Source: an uncultured Janthinobacterium sp. (GTDB lineage Bacteria; Vulcanimicrobiota; Vulcanimicrobiia; Vulcanimicrobiales; Vulcanimicrobiaceae). From it: a DNA stretch of 17,719 nt. The notes beneath the pieces were generated by a model. It did no database searches. It was not told the origin of the DNA and saw only the letters and a program-made list of their open reading frames with translations. Below, piece by piece: positions 6,443-15,902 of this stretch (position 1 is its first letter; each line of letters begins with the position of its first letter). The stretch is taken from contig CAZZXB010000059.1 of the NCBI GenBank assembly GCA_964658025.1, forward strand, positions 1-17,719, given 5' to 3'. The translations under genes were made by a program, and so were the position numbers.

Positions 6443-8161
6443 TCAGACTTCCATCACGACCGGAATGACGATCGGCTTGCGTTTCGTTTTCTCGTAGACG
6501 GCCTTCGCGAGCCCCTGGCGGACGTGTTCTTTCACCGTCTGCGTGTCGCGGATGCCTTCGGCCGAGCACCCGCTCAGGATATCGGAGACCTTACGCGTGA
6601 GGTCGTCCATCACGGCGCCCGAATCGGGGAGATAGAAGACGCCGCGCGAGACGAGATCGGGTCCCGCGACGACGCGCGCCTCTTCGGCATCGACCGTCAC
6701 GACGACCATCATGATCCCGTCGGCCGAGAGATGCTTGCGATCGCGCAGGACCGCTTCGCCGATGTCGCCGACGCCGCTCCCGTCGACCATCACGTTGCCG
6801 CCGTAGGTCTTACCGACACGCTTCGCGGCCGTTTTGGTGAAGTCGACGACGTCGCCGTTTTCGATGACGTAACAATTATCGACGGGGACGCCCGTCTGTT
6901 GCGCGAGGTTCGCGTGCTGGACGAGCATGCGATACTCGCCGTGGATCGGGATGAAGTATTTCGGCCGCACGAGGTTGAGCATCAGCAACAGTTCCTCTTG
7001 CGAGGCGTGACCCGAAACGTGCGCGGTGCCGCGCGACGTCCCGTGGACGACGGTCGCGCCGAGGCGGTAGAGATTGTTGATCGTCTTCGCGACGCTCTTC
7101 TCGTTGCCGGGGATCGGCGTCGCGCTGATGACGACCGTGTCGCCCGCGACGATCTTCATCCGCGGATGATCGCGGACGGCGAGTCGCGAGAGCGCCGACA
7201 TCGGTTCGCCCTGCGAGCCCGTCGTGATGATGACGACCTCGTTCGGCGGATATTGATCGACCTGGTCGAGCCGGATCATCTGCTCGCGCGGCAACCGCAG
7301 GTATCCGAGTTCGGTCGAGTACTTCACGACGTTCTCGAGGCTGCGACCCAGGAGCGCGACGCGACGCTTGTAGCGGACCGCCTGATCGACGACCTGCTGC
7401 ACGCGCGGCACGTTCGACGCGAACGACGTCACGATGATCCGTCCGGGCGCGCGCGCGAAGATGTTCGAGAAGGCCTCGCCGACGACGCGTTCCGAGGGCG
7501 TGTGCCCCGGCCGTTCCGCGTTCGTCGAATCGGAGAGCATGCAGAGCACGCCTTCGTCGCCGATCCCCGCGATGGCGGCGAAATCCGCGGGCTTGCCGTC
7601 GATCGGCGTCTGATCGAATTTGAAATCGCCCGTGTGGAAGATGGTTCCGACTTCGGTCGTGATCGCGAGCGCGCAACACCCGGCGAGGCTGTGGTTGATG
7701 TGGACGAATTCCGTCTCGATCCGGCCGTGCTTCACGATATCGCCCGGTTGGACCGCGACGAATTTCTTGTCGCTGAATTTCTGATCGCGCATCTTCGCGC
7801 GGATGAGCGCGAGCGTGAGCGGCGTGCCGACGACCGGAACGTCGAACTCGCGCAGAAAATACGGAATGCCGCCGATGTGATCTTCGTGGCCGTGCGTGAC
7901 GAGCAGCGCGCGCAGTTTGTCCTTACGCTCGCGAATGTACGAAAAGTCGTTGATGACGACGTCGACGCCGAGCATCGAGTCGTCGGGGAACATGAGGCCG
8001 CAATCGACGGCGACGAGATCGTCGCGCGTTTCGATGACGGTCATATTGCGACCGATCTCACCGCAGCCGCCGAGGGGCACGATGCGGACGAATTTCTCCG
8101 CAGGCTCGGGACCGACCACGAGCGGGACGGGAGCGGGCGCATGCCCGTTACGCTGATTCAC
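6443..8161 (-). CDS. rnj: Ribonuclease J (metallo-beta-lactamase/beta-CASP), 572 aa
   Basis: PLGG.GEIGRNM, THGHEDHIGG (HxHxDH), HTGDFKFD, SDSTNA, FASN..R.QQ, TGSQGEPMSAL, HVSGHA, PIHGEYRM and C-terminal KRKPIVIPVVMEV. Confidence 0.97.
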   Translation of the reverse strand: MNQRNGHAPAPVPLVVGPEPAEKFVRIVPLGGCGEIGRNMTVIETRDDLVAVDCGLMFPDDSMLGVDVVINDFSYIRERKDKLRALLVTHGHEDHIGGIPYFLREFDVPVVGTPLTLALIRAKMRDQKFSDKKFVAVQPGDIVKHGRIETEFVHINHSLAGCCALAITTEVGTIFHTGDFKFDQTPIDGKPADFAAIAGIGDEGVLCMLSDSTNAERPGHTPSERVVGEAFSNIFARAPGRIIVTSFASNVPRVQQVVDQAVRYKRRVALLGRSLENVVKYSTELGYLRLPREQMIRLDQVDQYPPNEVVIITTGSQGEPMSALSRLAVRDHPRMKIVAGDTVVISATPIPGNEKSVAKTINNLYRLGATVVHGTSRGTAHVSGHASQEELLLMLNLVRPKYFIPIHGEYRMLVQHANLAQQTGVPVDNCYVIENGDVVDFTKTAAKRVGKTYGGNVMVDGSGVGDIGEAVLRDRKHLSADGIMMVVVTVDAEEARVVAGPDLVSRGVFYLPDSGAVMDDLTRKVSDILSGCSAEGIRDTQTVKEHVRQGLAKAVYEKTKRKPIVIPVVMEV

Positions 8162-8177
8162 ACGAACTCTTTCCGGC

Positions 8178-8220
8178 TTGTCGGCGACGGCCGACCGCGT
8201 GACGATACCCGCAAGGAGGT
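8178..8220 (+). promoter_or_regulatory. Putative sigma70-like promoter plus Shine-Dalgarno for the rightward genes
   Basis: TTGTCG (8178-8183)-N17-GACGAT (8201-8206), then AAGGAGGT (8213-8220) 9 nt before ATG 8230. Confidence 0.4.
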
Positions 8221-8229
8221 CCGTCCGCT

Positions 8230-8502
8230 ATGCTTTCCCTCGTGGTTTTCGGTACGCCGCCCGCCGTCACTCTTTCGACACCCCGACCGTCCGCCGCGGC
8301 CCGCCGTCCCGGGCGCCGCGACCCGGCAGCCGTCCGACTCCCGATTCCGGCCGCGGACGACCTGTACGCGCGCCGGATGCGTCGACGTTTCGCGAGCTAT
8401 CTGCGACTCCGGCTGCTCGAGTTGCGCGAGGAACGGCTCGATCGCGCGGCCGACGCCATCGCCCGCCGGATCCCGATCTCGGAGCTTCTGCAAGACCGTT
8501 AG
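8230..8502 (+). CDS. Hypothetical basic protein, 90 aa
   Basis: Perfect SD AAGGAGGT at canonical spacing; fills most of the gap between rnj and the Yip1 gene; C-terminal half (DDLYARRMRRRFASYLRLRLLELREERLDRAADAIARRI) looks like a charged helix. Confidence 0.6.
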   Translation: MLSLVVFGTPPAVTLSTPRPSAAARRPGRRDPAAVRLPIPAADDLYARRMRRRFASYLRLRLLELREERLDRAADAIARRIPISELLQDR

Positions 8503-8547
8503 GACGGCCGAAGCGTTTCGAACCCCGTAGGTCGAACGGCCCCGGAC

Positions 8548-9282
8548 GTGAGTACGCTTCCCTTGCCCGAGCCGCCGGGCGAATCCGCACGAACGAGCCC
8601 CCTCGCCCCGCTCCGCGACATCTTCGTCGCACCGACGCGGGCGTACGCGGAGATCGCGGAGCGTCCGATCTGGATCCCGGCATTCTGCGTGGTCGTCGCC
8701 GCGAGCGCGCTCGATCTCACCCTCGCCGCGCCCGCCGTAACGCACCTCTCGGCGGTTCTCGCCGCCCACGCGCACGTGGGAGCCGCGTCGAGCACGAGCG
8801 CGGCCGACGTCGCCGCATCGACGAAAGCGAACATCGCGAACAACCTCATCGTCGATGCCTTCGGCCCGTTACTCGATTGGAGCCTCACGGCGATGGTGCT
8901 CGCGACCGTCGCACGCTGGAAGAATCAGACGACGCCGTTCGCGACGTTCTTCGCGCTCTGCGCGGTCTGCGCGCTGCCGGGCGCGCTCGGAAGCGTCGTC
9001 GACGGAATCGGCACGGCGATCCGCGATCCCGCGACGATCGATTCGTGGAAGGCCCTCGTCGGCGCCGTCCCCGACAACCTCGGGATCTTCGCGGCCGTCA
9101 AGAACGATCGCGAGGTCGCGTTCCTCTCGAATTTCGGGATCTTCGGCATCTGGTCGACCCTGTTGCTCGCGTTCGGCTTCGCCGCGCTCGCGCAGGTTCG
9201 CGTCGCCACCGCATTGATCGTCACGTTCGGACTCGACGTCGTGCTCGCGCTGTGTTACACGCTACTGTTCGCCGCATCGTAG
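8548..9282 (+). CDS. Yip1-domain membrane protein (YknW-like), 244 aa
   Basis: N-terminal L.DIFVAPTRAYAEIAERP.W..A (typical Yip1 start), about 5 TM segments and IFGIWS..LLA.G; first gene before an MFP/ABC exporter. GTG start is uncertain. Confidence 0.8.
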   Translation: MSTLPLPEPPGESARTSPLAPLRDIFVAPTRAYAEIAERPIWIPAFCVVVAASALDLTLAAPAVTHLSAVLAAHAHVGAASSTSAADVAASTKANIANNLIVDAFGPLLDWSLTAMVLATVARWKNQTTPFATFFALCAVCALPGALGSVVDGIGTAIRDPATIDSWKALVGAVPDNLGIFAAVKNDREVAFLSNFGIFGIWSTLLLAFGFAALAQVRVATALIVTFGLDVVLALCYTLLFAAS

Positions 9283-9299
9283 CCGGGCGGCGACGTCGC

Positions 9300-11072
9300 G
9301 TGCCCCGCTTACGCACGGGCGCGTCGCTCGTCGTCGCATTCGCGTTCGCGATCCCGCAGACGACGCTCGGGGAACCCGCGCTCGCGCGGGCTGCGGCGCA
9401 CGCCGCGACGAGCGCCTCGCCGTCCCCGACCGGTTCGGTCGGCCCGGACGCGACGCCGACGTCGTCGGCCGAAGCGTCGCCCGGTCCCGAAGACGCGACG
9501 GGAGCGCCGTCACGCACCCCGTCGGCGCCGGGCGATGCCGCGGGATCCCCGACCGCGCCGATCTCGCCGACCGCCGGCCCCCCTGCCGCGATGCAACCGA
9601 CGGCTTCGCCCGATCCGACGCTTCCGACCGTTCCGACCGACGCGGGCGCGACGTCGTCGAGCGCCGCCCCCTTCGACGCGGCGCCGGCGCTCCGGCTCGA
9701 CGCGTACGGCGCCGTGTCGTACGCGCTCGCGCACGCGCCGACGCTCCTCGCGCAGGCCGCGACGATCGCGCAGAACGATCTCACCTTCACGCGCGATCGC
9801 GCGGCGGAGTATCCGGCGCTTACGGGACAGCTCCAGAGCCAACTACAACGCACGTCGAACGCGAGCGGGAGCCTCGCGCAGTTCGGCCTCACGCCGTCGA
9901 GCCGTTTCTCGCAGAACACCGCGCAGGTCTTCTCGAGCTACAACCTCTACAACGGCACGCAACCGATCGTCGCGAAACAGGCCGACCGCATCACCGAGGC
10001 CGCGCGCTACGAACTCGTGCGGCTCGCCGAACAGCTCGCGATCTCGGTTTCGGGAAACTTCTTCGCGATCGCGGGCTACCGCGAGATGGTCGCGATCGAT
10101 CTCGGCGATCTCGCGTATCAGAAGGCGTTACTCGCGACCGCCGTGGCGAGCGAAAAAGTCGGACGCGTCGCGGGCGTCGACGTCTTGCGCGCGAAGGTCG
10201 GCGTGACGCGATCGCGTTCGGCGTTGATCCAAGCGCGCGTCGACGAGCGTAACGCGCGCGAATCGCTCGCGGTGCAGATCGGCGCGCCCGCCGACTACGA
10301 CTTCGCCGTTCCGAGCGTCATTCCGGAGCCACCGCGTCCGACCGTGCCGACCGACGTCTTGATCACGATGGCGAAACTCCATCGTCCCGAAGTCCTCGAA
10401 GCGAAGGCCACGCTCGCGAGCGCGCGACTCGGCGACGCGCAGGTCGATTCCGATCTGCGCCCGACCGTCGCGCTCACGGGTGCGTTCGGTTCGCAGGTTT
10501 CGCCGACGAGCTTCACAACGCAACAGGCGGCGATCGACGCGCAGAACGCCGCGAACCTCGCGAGCTACCAGGCGCAGAAACAACTCTTCCCCAACGCGAC
10601 GATCGCGCCGCCCGTGCCGATCCCGGCCGTCGACCGGCATCAGCCGGGCTTCTGGCAGTTCGGCGCGACCTCGACGTTCCAGATCCCGCTCTACGATTAC
10701 GGCGTCCGCGCGGCGGGTCACCACGCCGCACGTGCCCAGATCGAGTCCGCGATCGCGTCGCTCGACAACGCGTACGCGTTCGTGCGATCCGACGTCGACG
10801 CGAGCGATCGCAATCTGGAATCGGCGTACGAGAAGCTCCAGCTCGCGAAGGAGAGCGTCGACCTCGCGCGCGAGTCGGCGCGGATCGCGCAGCTCCAATA
10901 CAAGGACGGCCTGATCTCGTTCACCGACGCGACGCAGACCGAGCAGACCGCGCTCGGTGCGGAGAACGATCTGCTCGCCGCGCACGTCAACTACATCAGC
11001 GCCTTCATCCGCCTGCGCGTCGCGCTCGCACCGACCGACACCGCCGCCGCCGCCGATCTACGAGGATTATGA
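9300..11072 (+). CDS. TolC family outer membrane efflux protein with long P/A/T/S-rich N-terminal extension, ~590 aa
   Basis: Likely GTG start at 9300, in frame with track ORF 8178..11072, followed by a signal-like segment. TolC motifs AV.YAL.H.P.L, G.VAGVDVLRA, A..HRPEV, FQIPLYD.G and A..QYK.GLISF.D. Stop overlaps the next ATG (ATGA). Confidence 0.88.
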   Translation: MPRLRTGASLVVAFAFAIPQTTLGEPALARAAAHAATSASPSPTGSVGPDATPTSSAEASPGPEDATGAPSRTPSAPGDAAGSPTAPISPTAGPPAAMQPTASPDPTLPTVPTDAGATSSSAAPFDAAPALRLDAYGAVSYALAHAPTLLAQAATIAQNDLTFTRDRAAEYPALTGQLQSQLQRTSNASGSLAQFGLTPSSRFSQNTAQVFSSYNLYNGTQPIVAKQADRITEAARYELVRLAEQLAISVSGNFFAIAGYREMVAIDLGDLAYQKALLATAVASEKVGRVAGVDVLRAKVGVTRSRSALIQARVDERNARESLAVQIGAPADYDFAVPSVIPEPPRPTVPTDVLITMAKLHRPEVLEAKATLASARLGDAQVDSDLRPTVALTGAFGSQVSPTSFTTQQAAIDAQNAANLASYQAQKQLFPNATIAPPVPIPAVDRHQPGFWQFGATSTFQIPLYDYGVRAAGHHAARAQIESAIASLDNAYAFVRSDVDASDRNLESAYEKLQLAKESVDLARESARIAQLQYKDGLISFTDATQTEQTALGAENDLLAAHVNYISAFIRLRVALAPTDTAAAADLRGL

Positions 11073-12610
11073 AACGCCGCCGCACGCTCTTCGTCGCTCT
11101 CGGCGTCATCGTCGTCGCGGCGATCGGACTCGCGCTCGCGCTCGGTCGCGGCGGCTCGGCGACGCCCGTCCGCGAGGTCGTCGTGACGCGACAGACGTTC
11201 ACGACCAAACTTTCCGAGACGGGCGTCGTCCAGCTCCCGCGCACGGCGACGATCCCGGCCGGAACCCCCGGCAACGTCGCCGCGATCGTCGTCGCGGCGG
11301 GCGACCACGTGCGCGCGGGTCAGGTCCTCGCCCGCATCGTGAACGATCAGATCGATAACGGCCTGCGCGATGCCGAGGCGAACGTGCAATCCTCGAGCGG
11401 TCGCGCCGACTCGATCGCCGAGACGAACGCGACGCTCCCCAAACAAAACCGCTCGGCCGTCGTGCAGGCGCAAGCCGCGGTCGTCGCCGCGACGTCGCAG
11501 CTCACGCAGGCACGCCAGGACGCGATCTCGGGTTCGCAGTCGGGGCTCGGGTACGGCGGTCAGACCGCCGAAAGCCAACGGCTCGACGCCGACGCGACGA
11601 TCTCGAAAGCGAAAACCGATCTCGACGAAGCGAAGCGGACGTACGACGCCAACAACGATCTCTACGCGAACAAGGGCGTCTCGCGCGACGTCCTGTTGCA
11701 ATCGAAGGCGCGCTACGACCAGGCGCTCGTCACGTACGAGCAAGTGGAACAGCAACGCAAGATCCTCGGCGGCACGCTCGAGCGGGAGAGCCAGGTGTTG
11801 CACGATCGCGTGCGCTCCGCGGAAGACCAACTGCGGCAGGCGCGCGCGGCGCTCGCCGCGGCGCAGGCGACCGCCGCGTCGTCGAAAGCGGGCGACCTCG
11901 TCGCGGCGCGCGCCGATACGTCGCGCGCGACGGCCGATCTCGCCTACGCCCGTTCGCAGGAAGATCGTCTGACCGTCCGCGCGCCGTTCGACGGCATCGT
12001 GCTCAGCGTCGCGAGCCAGAGCGGCGACAGCCTCCGACCGCTCGGTCCGGGCGATTCCGTCGTCGCGGGCCAACCGCTCTTCACGCTCTCGGAGAACGAG
12101 CGCTTCATCGTCCGCACGCGCGTCGACGAACAAGATATCGCGAGCGTCGCGCTCGGTCAGCGCGCGATCGTGAGCGGCGAGGATTTTGCCGGACGCGAGA
12201 TCCCCGGTCGCGTCGCCGCGATCTCGCCGATCGCGCAGAAGGCCGACGATCCCTCGAACACCTCGCGTCAGGTCGTCACGACGATCGCGCTCGAACGCGA
12301 TCCGGCGTTCCTGCGCGACGGGATGAGCGTCGACGTCGACATCGTCACGGCGCGCGTGCCGGACGCGCTCGCGGTGCCGATCGACGCGCTACGCAAGGAC
12401 GAGCGCGGAACGTTCGTCCTGCTCGCGAAGGACGGCCGCGCCGTGCGGACCCCGGTCGCGCTCGGAACGCAGAACGACACGCTCGCGGTCGTCTCGCACG
12501 GTCTGCGCGACGGCGATACCGTCGTCGTCAGTAAGGACGCGAGCGTCGTGGACGGCTCGCCGATCTCCGCCGCGTCGGACGCGGCGCCCTCCGCGAGTCC
12601 GAGCGGATGA
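11069..12610 (+). CDS. Efflux periplasmic adaptor / membrane fusion protein (MacA/YknX/HlyD-like), 513 aa
   Basis: N-terminal TM anchor, lipoyl halves (G.V..I.V..GDHVRAGQVLA and VRAPFDGIV), a long coiled coil, VDEQDI..V..GQ, LRDGMSVDVDI, L.VP.DAL and GL.DGD.VV. ATGA overlaps at both ends. Confidence 0.92.
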   Translation: MKRRRTLFVALGVIVVAAIGLALALGRGGSATPVREVVVTRQTFTTKLSETGVVQLPRTATIPAGTPGNVAAIVVAAGDHVRAGQVLARIVNDQIDNGLRDAEANVQSSSGRADSIAETNATLPKQNRSAVVQAQAAVVAATSQLTQARQDAISGSQSGLGYGGQTAESQRLDADATISKAKTDLDEAKRTYDANNDLYANKGVSRDVLLQSKARYDQALVTYEQVEQQRKILGGTLERESQVLHDRVRSAEDQLRQARAALAAAQATAASSKAGDLVAARADTSRATADLAYARSQEDRLTVRAPFDGIVLSVASQSGDSLRPLGPGDSVVAGQPLFTLSENERFIVRTRVDEQDIASVALGQRAIVSGEDFAGREIPGRVAAISPIAQKADDPSNTSRQVVTTIALERDPAFLRDGMSVDVDIVTARVPDALAVPIDALRKDERGTFVLLAKDGRAVRTPVALGTQNDTLAVVSHGLRDGDTVVVSKDASVVDGSPISAASDAAPSASPSG

Positions 12611-13815
12611 ACGTGCGCGTCGGTCGCCTCGTCGCGTACGGGCGCGAGGCGCTCGAAGCGCTCTGGCGCAATCGCGGTCGTTCGTTCCTCACGATGCTCG
12701 GCATGATCGTCGGCACGAGTTCGGTCATCGCCGTGCTCGGGATCGGTCGCGCGGCCTCGGGGGGCATCACGACGCAACTCCAGGCGTTCGGCGATCCGGG
12801 CTTCATCGTGAACGTGAACCAACAACAGGACGATCCGGCGTCCGCGGGTCTGCAATTCCGCGACGCGCGCGTCGTCGCGACGCGCAATCCCGACGTGCTC
12901 GAGCACGTCTTTCCGATCTACTCGCGCAACTATCACATCGCTGCGAACGGCGTCGATTTCGTCGGCAACGTGTCGAGCGATACCGATTACGTCACGGACT
13001 CGCTGACGATGCGCGAGGGCCGGCGCTTCGACGCGAACGACGTCGCGACGAGCGCGCGCGTCTGCGACCTCAGTCAATCGGTCGAACGGCGCCTCTTCGG
13101 CGACGGCGCCTTCGCCCTCGGGCGGATGGTGCGGATCGACGGCGTCCGCTTCCGGATCGTCGGCGTCTACGACGATCTCCACGCGAGCATCTTCGCGAGC
13201 TCGGGCGGGACGGATTTCATCAACATCCCGTACACCACGTTTCACGACATCGCGCCCGGACCGATCGATCAACTCGACGTCTACGCCCGGCCGGGCGTCG
13301 AACTCCCCGACGTCCGCACGGCCGTGTTCGCGACGCTCCATCGTCTCCACGGGCCCGACACGCAGTACGACATCCAGGACGCGCTCGCGTTCATCGGCGG
13401 GTTCGAGAAAACGATCGGACTCGTCGGCGCGGGCCTCACCGCGATCGGCTGCGTGGCGCTCGTCGTCGCCGGGATCGGGATCATGAACATCATGCTCGTC
13501 TCGGTTTCGGAGCGCACGAAAGAGATCGGGTTGCGCAAGGCGATCGGCGGGAGCAGGCGCGACATCACGCTGCAGTTCCTCATGGAGGCGATCGTCTTGT
13601 CGCTCGGCGGCGGCGCGCTCGGCACGCTCGTCGGCGTGACGTTCGTGCTCGTCGCGGCCTACGTCGTCTCGACGTATCTCGGACCCGCGCCGATTCCGTG
13701 GGCGGCGATCCTCGGCGTGGCGATCGGCTTCTCGCTTCTGGTCGGCATCGCGTTCGGCACGTATCCGGCCCTGCGCGCCGGACGGCTCGATCCCATCGAG
13801 GCGCTGCGGAGTTAG
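12607..13815 (+). CDS. ABC transporter permease, MacB/FtsX family (copy 1), 402 aa
   Basis: N..RSFLTMLGMIVG.SSVI, periplasmic domain with [38 protein letters not shown] and [15 protein letters not shown]. Confidence 0.95.
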   Translation: MNVRVGRLVAYGREALEALWRNRGRSFLTMLGMIVGTSSVIAVLGIGRAASGGITTQLQAFGDPGFIVNVNQQQDDPASAGLQFRDARVVATRNPDVLEHVFPIYSRNYHIAANGVDFVGNVSSDTDYVTDSLTMREGRRFDANDVATSARVCDLSQSVERRLFGDGAFALGRMVRIDGVRFRIVGVYDDLHASIFASSGGTDFINIPYTTFHDIAPGPIDQLDVYARPGVELPDVRTAVFATLHRLHGPDTQYDIQDALAFIGGFEKTIGLVGAGLTAIGCVALVVAGIGIMNIMLVSVSERTKEIGLRKAIGGSRRDITLQFLMEAIVLSLGGGALGTLVGVTFVLVAAYVVSTYLGPAPIPWAAILGVAIGFSLLVGIAFGTYPALRAGRLDPIEALRS

Positions 13816-13873
13816 CGTGTCGTCGGGATACGCGCTCGCCTCGGATCGCTCGCCCGCGGAGAAGGCCGGCTAG

Positions 13874-15088
13874 ATGAAACTCCTGCGCACGATCGGACCG
13901 CTCTTCGCGGAAGCGGCGGGCGTGCTCGGCGGCAATCGCACGCGCTCGCTGCTCACCGTGCTCGGACTCGTGATCGGCGTCGCGGCGGTGATCTCGATCC
14001 AGATCCTCGGTCACGGCATGTCGTCGTCGGTCACGGGGATCCTCGGCGGCCTCAGCGACAACAGCTTCTTCCTCTTTCCGAGTCAACGCCAGGCCGATTT
14101 CGCGAAGGCGGCGTTCACCGCGAACGATATCGCGCGCGCGAACGCGCTCGTGCCGAATCTCGCGGCCGCGATCCCCGCGGGCAACGTCTCGCGTCTCGTC
14201 TCGATCGGGCACGCGCACGTGCGGCTCTCGATCTCCGACGACGCCGACGTGAGCTTCGCGTCGGTCCCGCTGATCTACGGCCGCTCGATCTCCCACGCGG
14301 ACGTGGCGGGCGACGCGAACGTCGCCGTCCTCTCGCACGACGCGTATACGAAACTCTTTCCGGACGGCGGCGATCCGACGGGCGCGAACGTGCGCGTCGG
14401 CGATCGGCGCTACCTCGTCATCGGCGCGAAGGGCCCGCCGACGCAGGGGATCATCCCCGTCAATTTCGACGGCGACGTCGACATCCCGTACACGACGTTC
14501 GTGCGCGATTACTTGCAGAACCGGCCGCTCGCCGCGGCGCGCTTCATCGTCGTCGATCCGTTACGGATGACCGACACCGAGGACGACGTGAAGTCGTTCT
14601 TCCGCGGGCTCAAGCAACGACGCGCCGACTATCAGACGTTCGATCGGCGCACGTTCGCGACGACGATCGGCGCGATCTTCGTCGTGCTCACGCTCGTCGT
14701 CGCACTCGTCGGCGCGCTCTCGTTACTCGTCGCCGGGATCGGTATCATGAACATCATGCTCGTCTCCGTCAGCGAACGGACGCGCGAGATCGGCGTGCGC
14801 AAGGCGATCGGCGCGACGCGGTTCGCGATCCTCGCGCAGTTCTTCATCGAGGCGCTGCTGCTCTCGCTCGTCGGGTGCGGCATCGGTCTCGCGCTCGGGC
14901 TCGCCGTCGGCGCGCTCGTCGATCGGTTCGTGCTCATCGCGATCTCGGGCGTCGTCCCGGACATTCCGTGGCTGCAGTCGGTCGGGATCGCGGTCGGCTT
15001 CGCGACGCTCGTCACGCTCGTCTTCGGGACGTATCCCGCCTATCGCGCCGCGCGACTCGATCCGATCGAAGCGCTCCGTTATGAGTGA
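13874..15088 (+). CDS. ABC transporter permease, MacB/FtsX family (copy 2), 404 aa
   Basis: [55 protein letters not shown] and [18 protein letters not shown]. Confidence 0.95.
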   Translation: MKLLRTIGPLFAEAAGVLGGNRTRSLLTVLGLVIGVAAVISIQILGHGMSSSVTGILGGLSDNSFFLFPSQRQADFAKAAFTANDIARANALVPNLAAAIPAGNVSRLVSIGHAHVRLSISDDADVSFASVPLIYGRSISHADVAGDANVAVLSHDAYTKLFPDGGDPTGANVRVGDRRYLVIGAKGPPTQGIIPVNFDGDVDIPYTTFVRDYLQNRPLAAARFIVVDPLRMTDTEDDVKSFFRGLKQRRADYQTFDRRTFATTIGAIFVVLTLVVALVGALSLLVAGIGIMNIMLVSVSERTREIGVRKAIGATRFAILAQFFIEALLLSLVGCGIGLALGLAVGALVDRFVLIAISGVVPDIPWLQSVGIAVGFATLVTLVFGTYPAYRAARLDPIEALRYE

Positions 15089-15800
15089 ACCCGCCGCCGA
15101 TCGGCTCGCGACGAACGCGAGCGCCGTCATCGGTATGCGCGACGTCACGAAAACCTACAAGAACGGCGCGCTCGACGTGCAGGCGCTCCGCGGCGTCGGC
15201 TTCACGGTCGAACGCGGCGAGTACGTCGCGATCATGGGCCCGTCGGGCTCGGGCAAATCGACGCTCATGAACCTCATCGGCTGTCTCGACCGGCCGACGT
15301 CCGGGAGCTATCGCCTCGACGGAGACGACGTCGGCACGCTCGACGACGACGCGCTCGCCGCGATCCGCCTGCGCAAGCTCGGCTTCGTCTTCCAGGGCTT
15401 CAACTTACTCGCGCGGACGAGCGCGCTCAAGAACGTCGCGCTCCCGCTCTTCTACGCCGGGCTCGGCGTGCGCGAGCGCGAGCGTCGCGCCGCCCGCGCC
15501 CTCGACGAGGTCGGACTCGCCGATCGCGAGACCCACAAGCCGAACGAGCTCTCCGGCGGCCAACAACAACGCGTCGCGATCGCGCGCGCGCTCGTGAACG
15601 ACCCCGCACTCGTCCTGGCGGACGAGCCGACGGGAAACCTCGACTCGCAGACGAGCGACGAGATCATGGCGCTCTTCGGCGAACTCAACGCCGCCGGCCG
15701 CACGATCGTCATGGTGACGCACGACCCCGAAGTCGCCCGCCACGCCCGCCGCACGATCCGCGTCCGCGACGGGCTCATCGTCGACGATAGCAGAAAATGA
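15081..15800 (+). CDS. ABC transporter ATP-binding protein (MacB/LolD/YknY-like), 239 aa
   Basis: Walker [11 protein letters not shown]-loop GFVFQ.FNL, signature [15 protein letters not shown], Walker [13 protein letters not shown] and H-loop VTHD. Overlaps the permease stop by 8 nt. Confidence 0.96.
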   Translation: MSEPAADRLATNASAVIGMRDVTKTYKNGALDVQALRGVGFTVERGEYVAIMGPSGSGKSTLMNLIGCLDRPTSGSYRLDGDDVGTLDDDALAAIRLRKLGFVFQGFNLLARTSALKNVALPLFYAGLGVRERERRAARALDEVGLADRETHKPNELSGGQQQRVAIARALVNDPALVLADEPTGNLDSQTSDEIMALFGELNAAGRTIVMVTHDPEVARHARRTIRVRDGLIVDDSRK

Positions 15801-15902
15801 GAAATCCGGGAAAATAGCCCCTAGCGGTGAGACTTCGTCCGCCCCGAGCGAGTAATGGCCTCCGAAGCGTCCAACCCTGGAAAGAGATAGAGAAAGCACA
15901 CC

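Noticed and set aside
5519..8530. 1003-aa + strand ORF
   Set aside because: Antisense shadow of rnj, the small Tat gene and the amidase; no recognisable motifs; long stop-free antisense frames are expected at this GC content.
8178..9299. N-terminal 374 codons of the 964-aa track ORF
   Set aside because: Arg-rich off-frame overlap of the 90-aa ORF and the Yip1 gene; TolC more plausibly starts at GTG 9300, just before a signal-like segment.
13464..14817. Near-identical DNA segments in the two permease genes as a mobile or recombination repeat
   Set aside because: Explained by the conserved [23 protein letters not shown] protein motif in paralogs.
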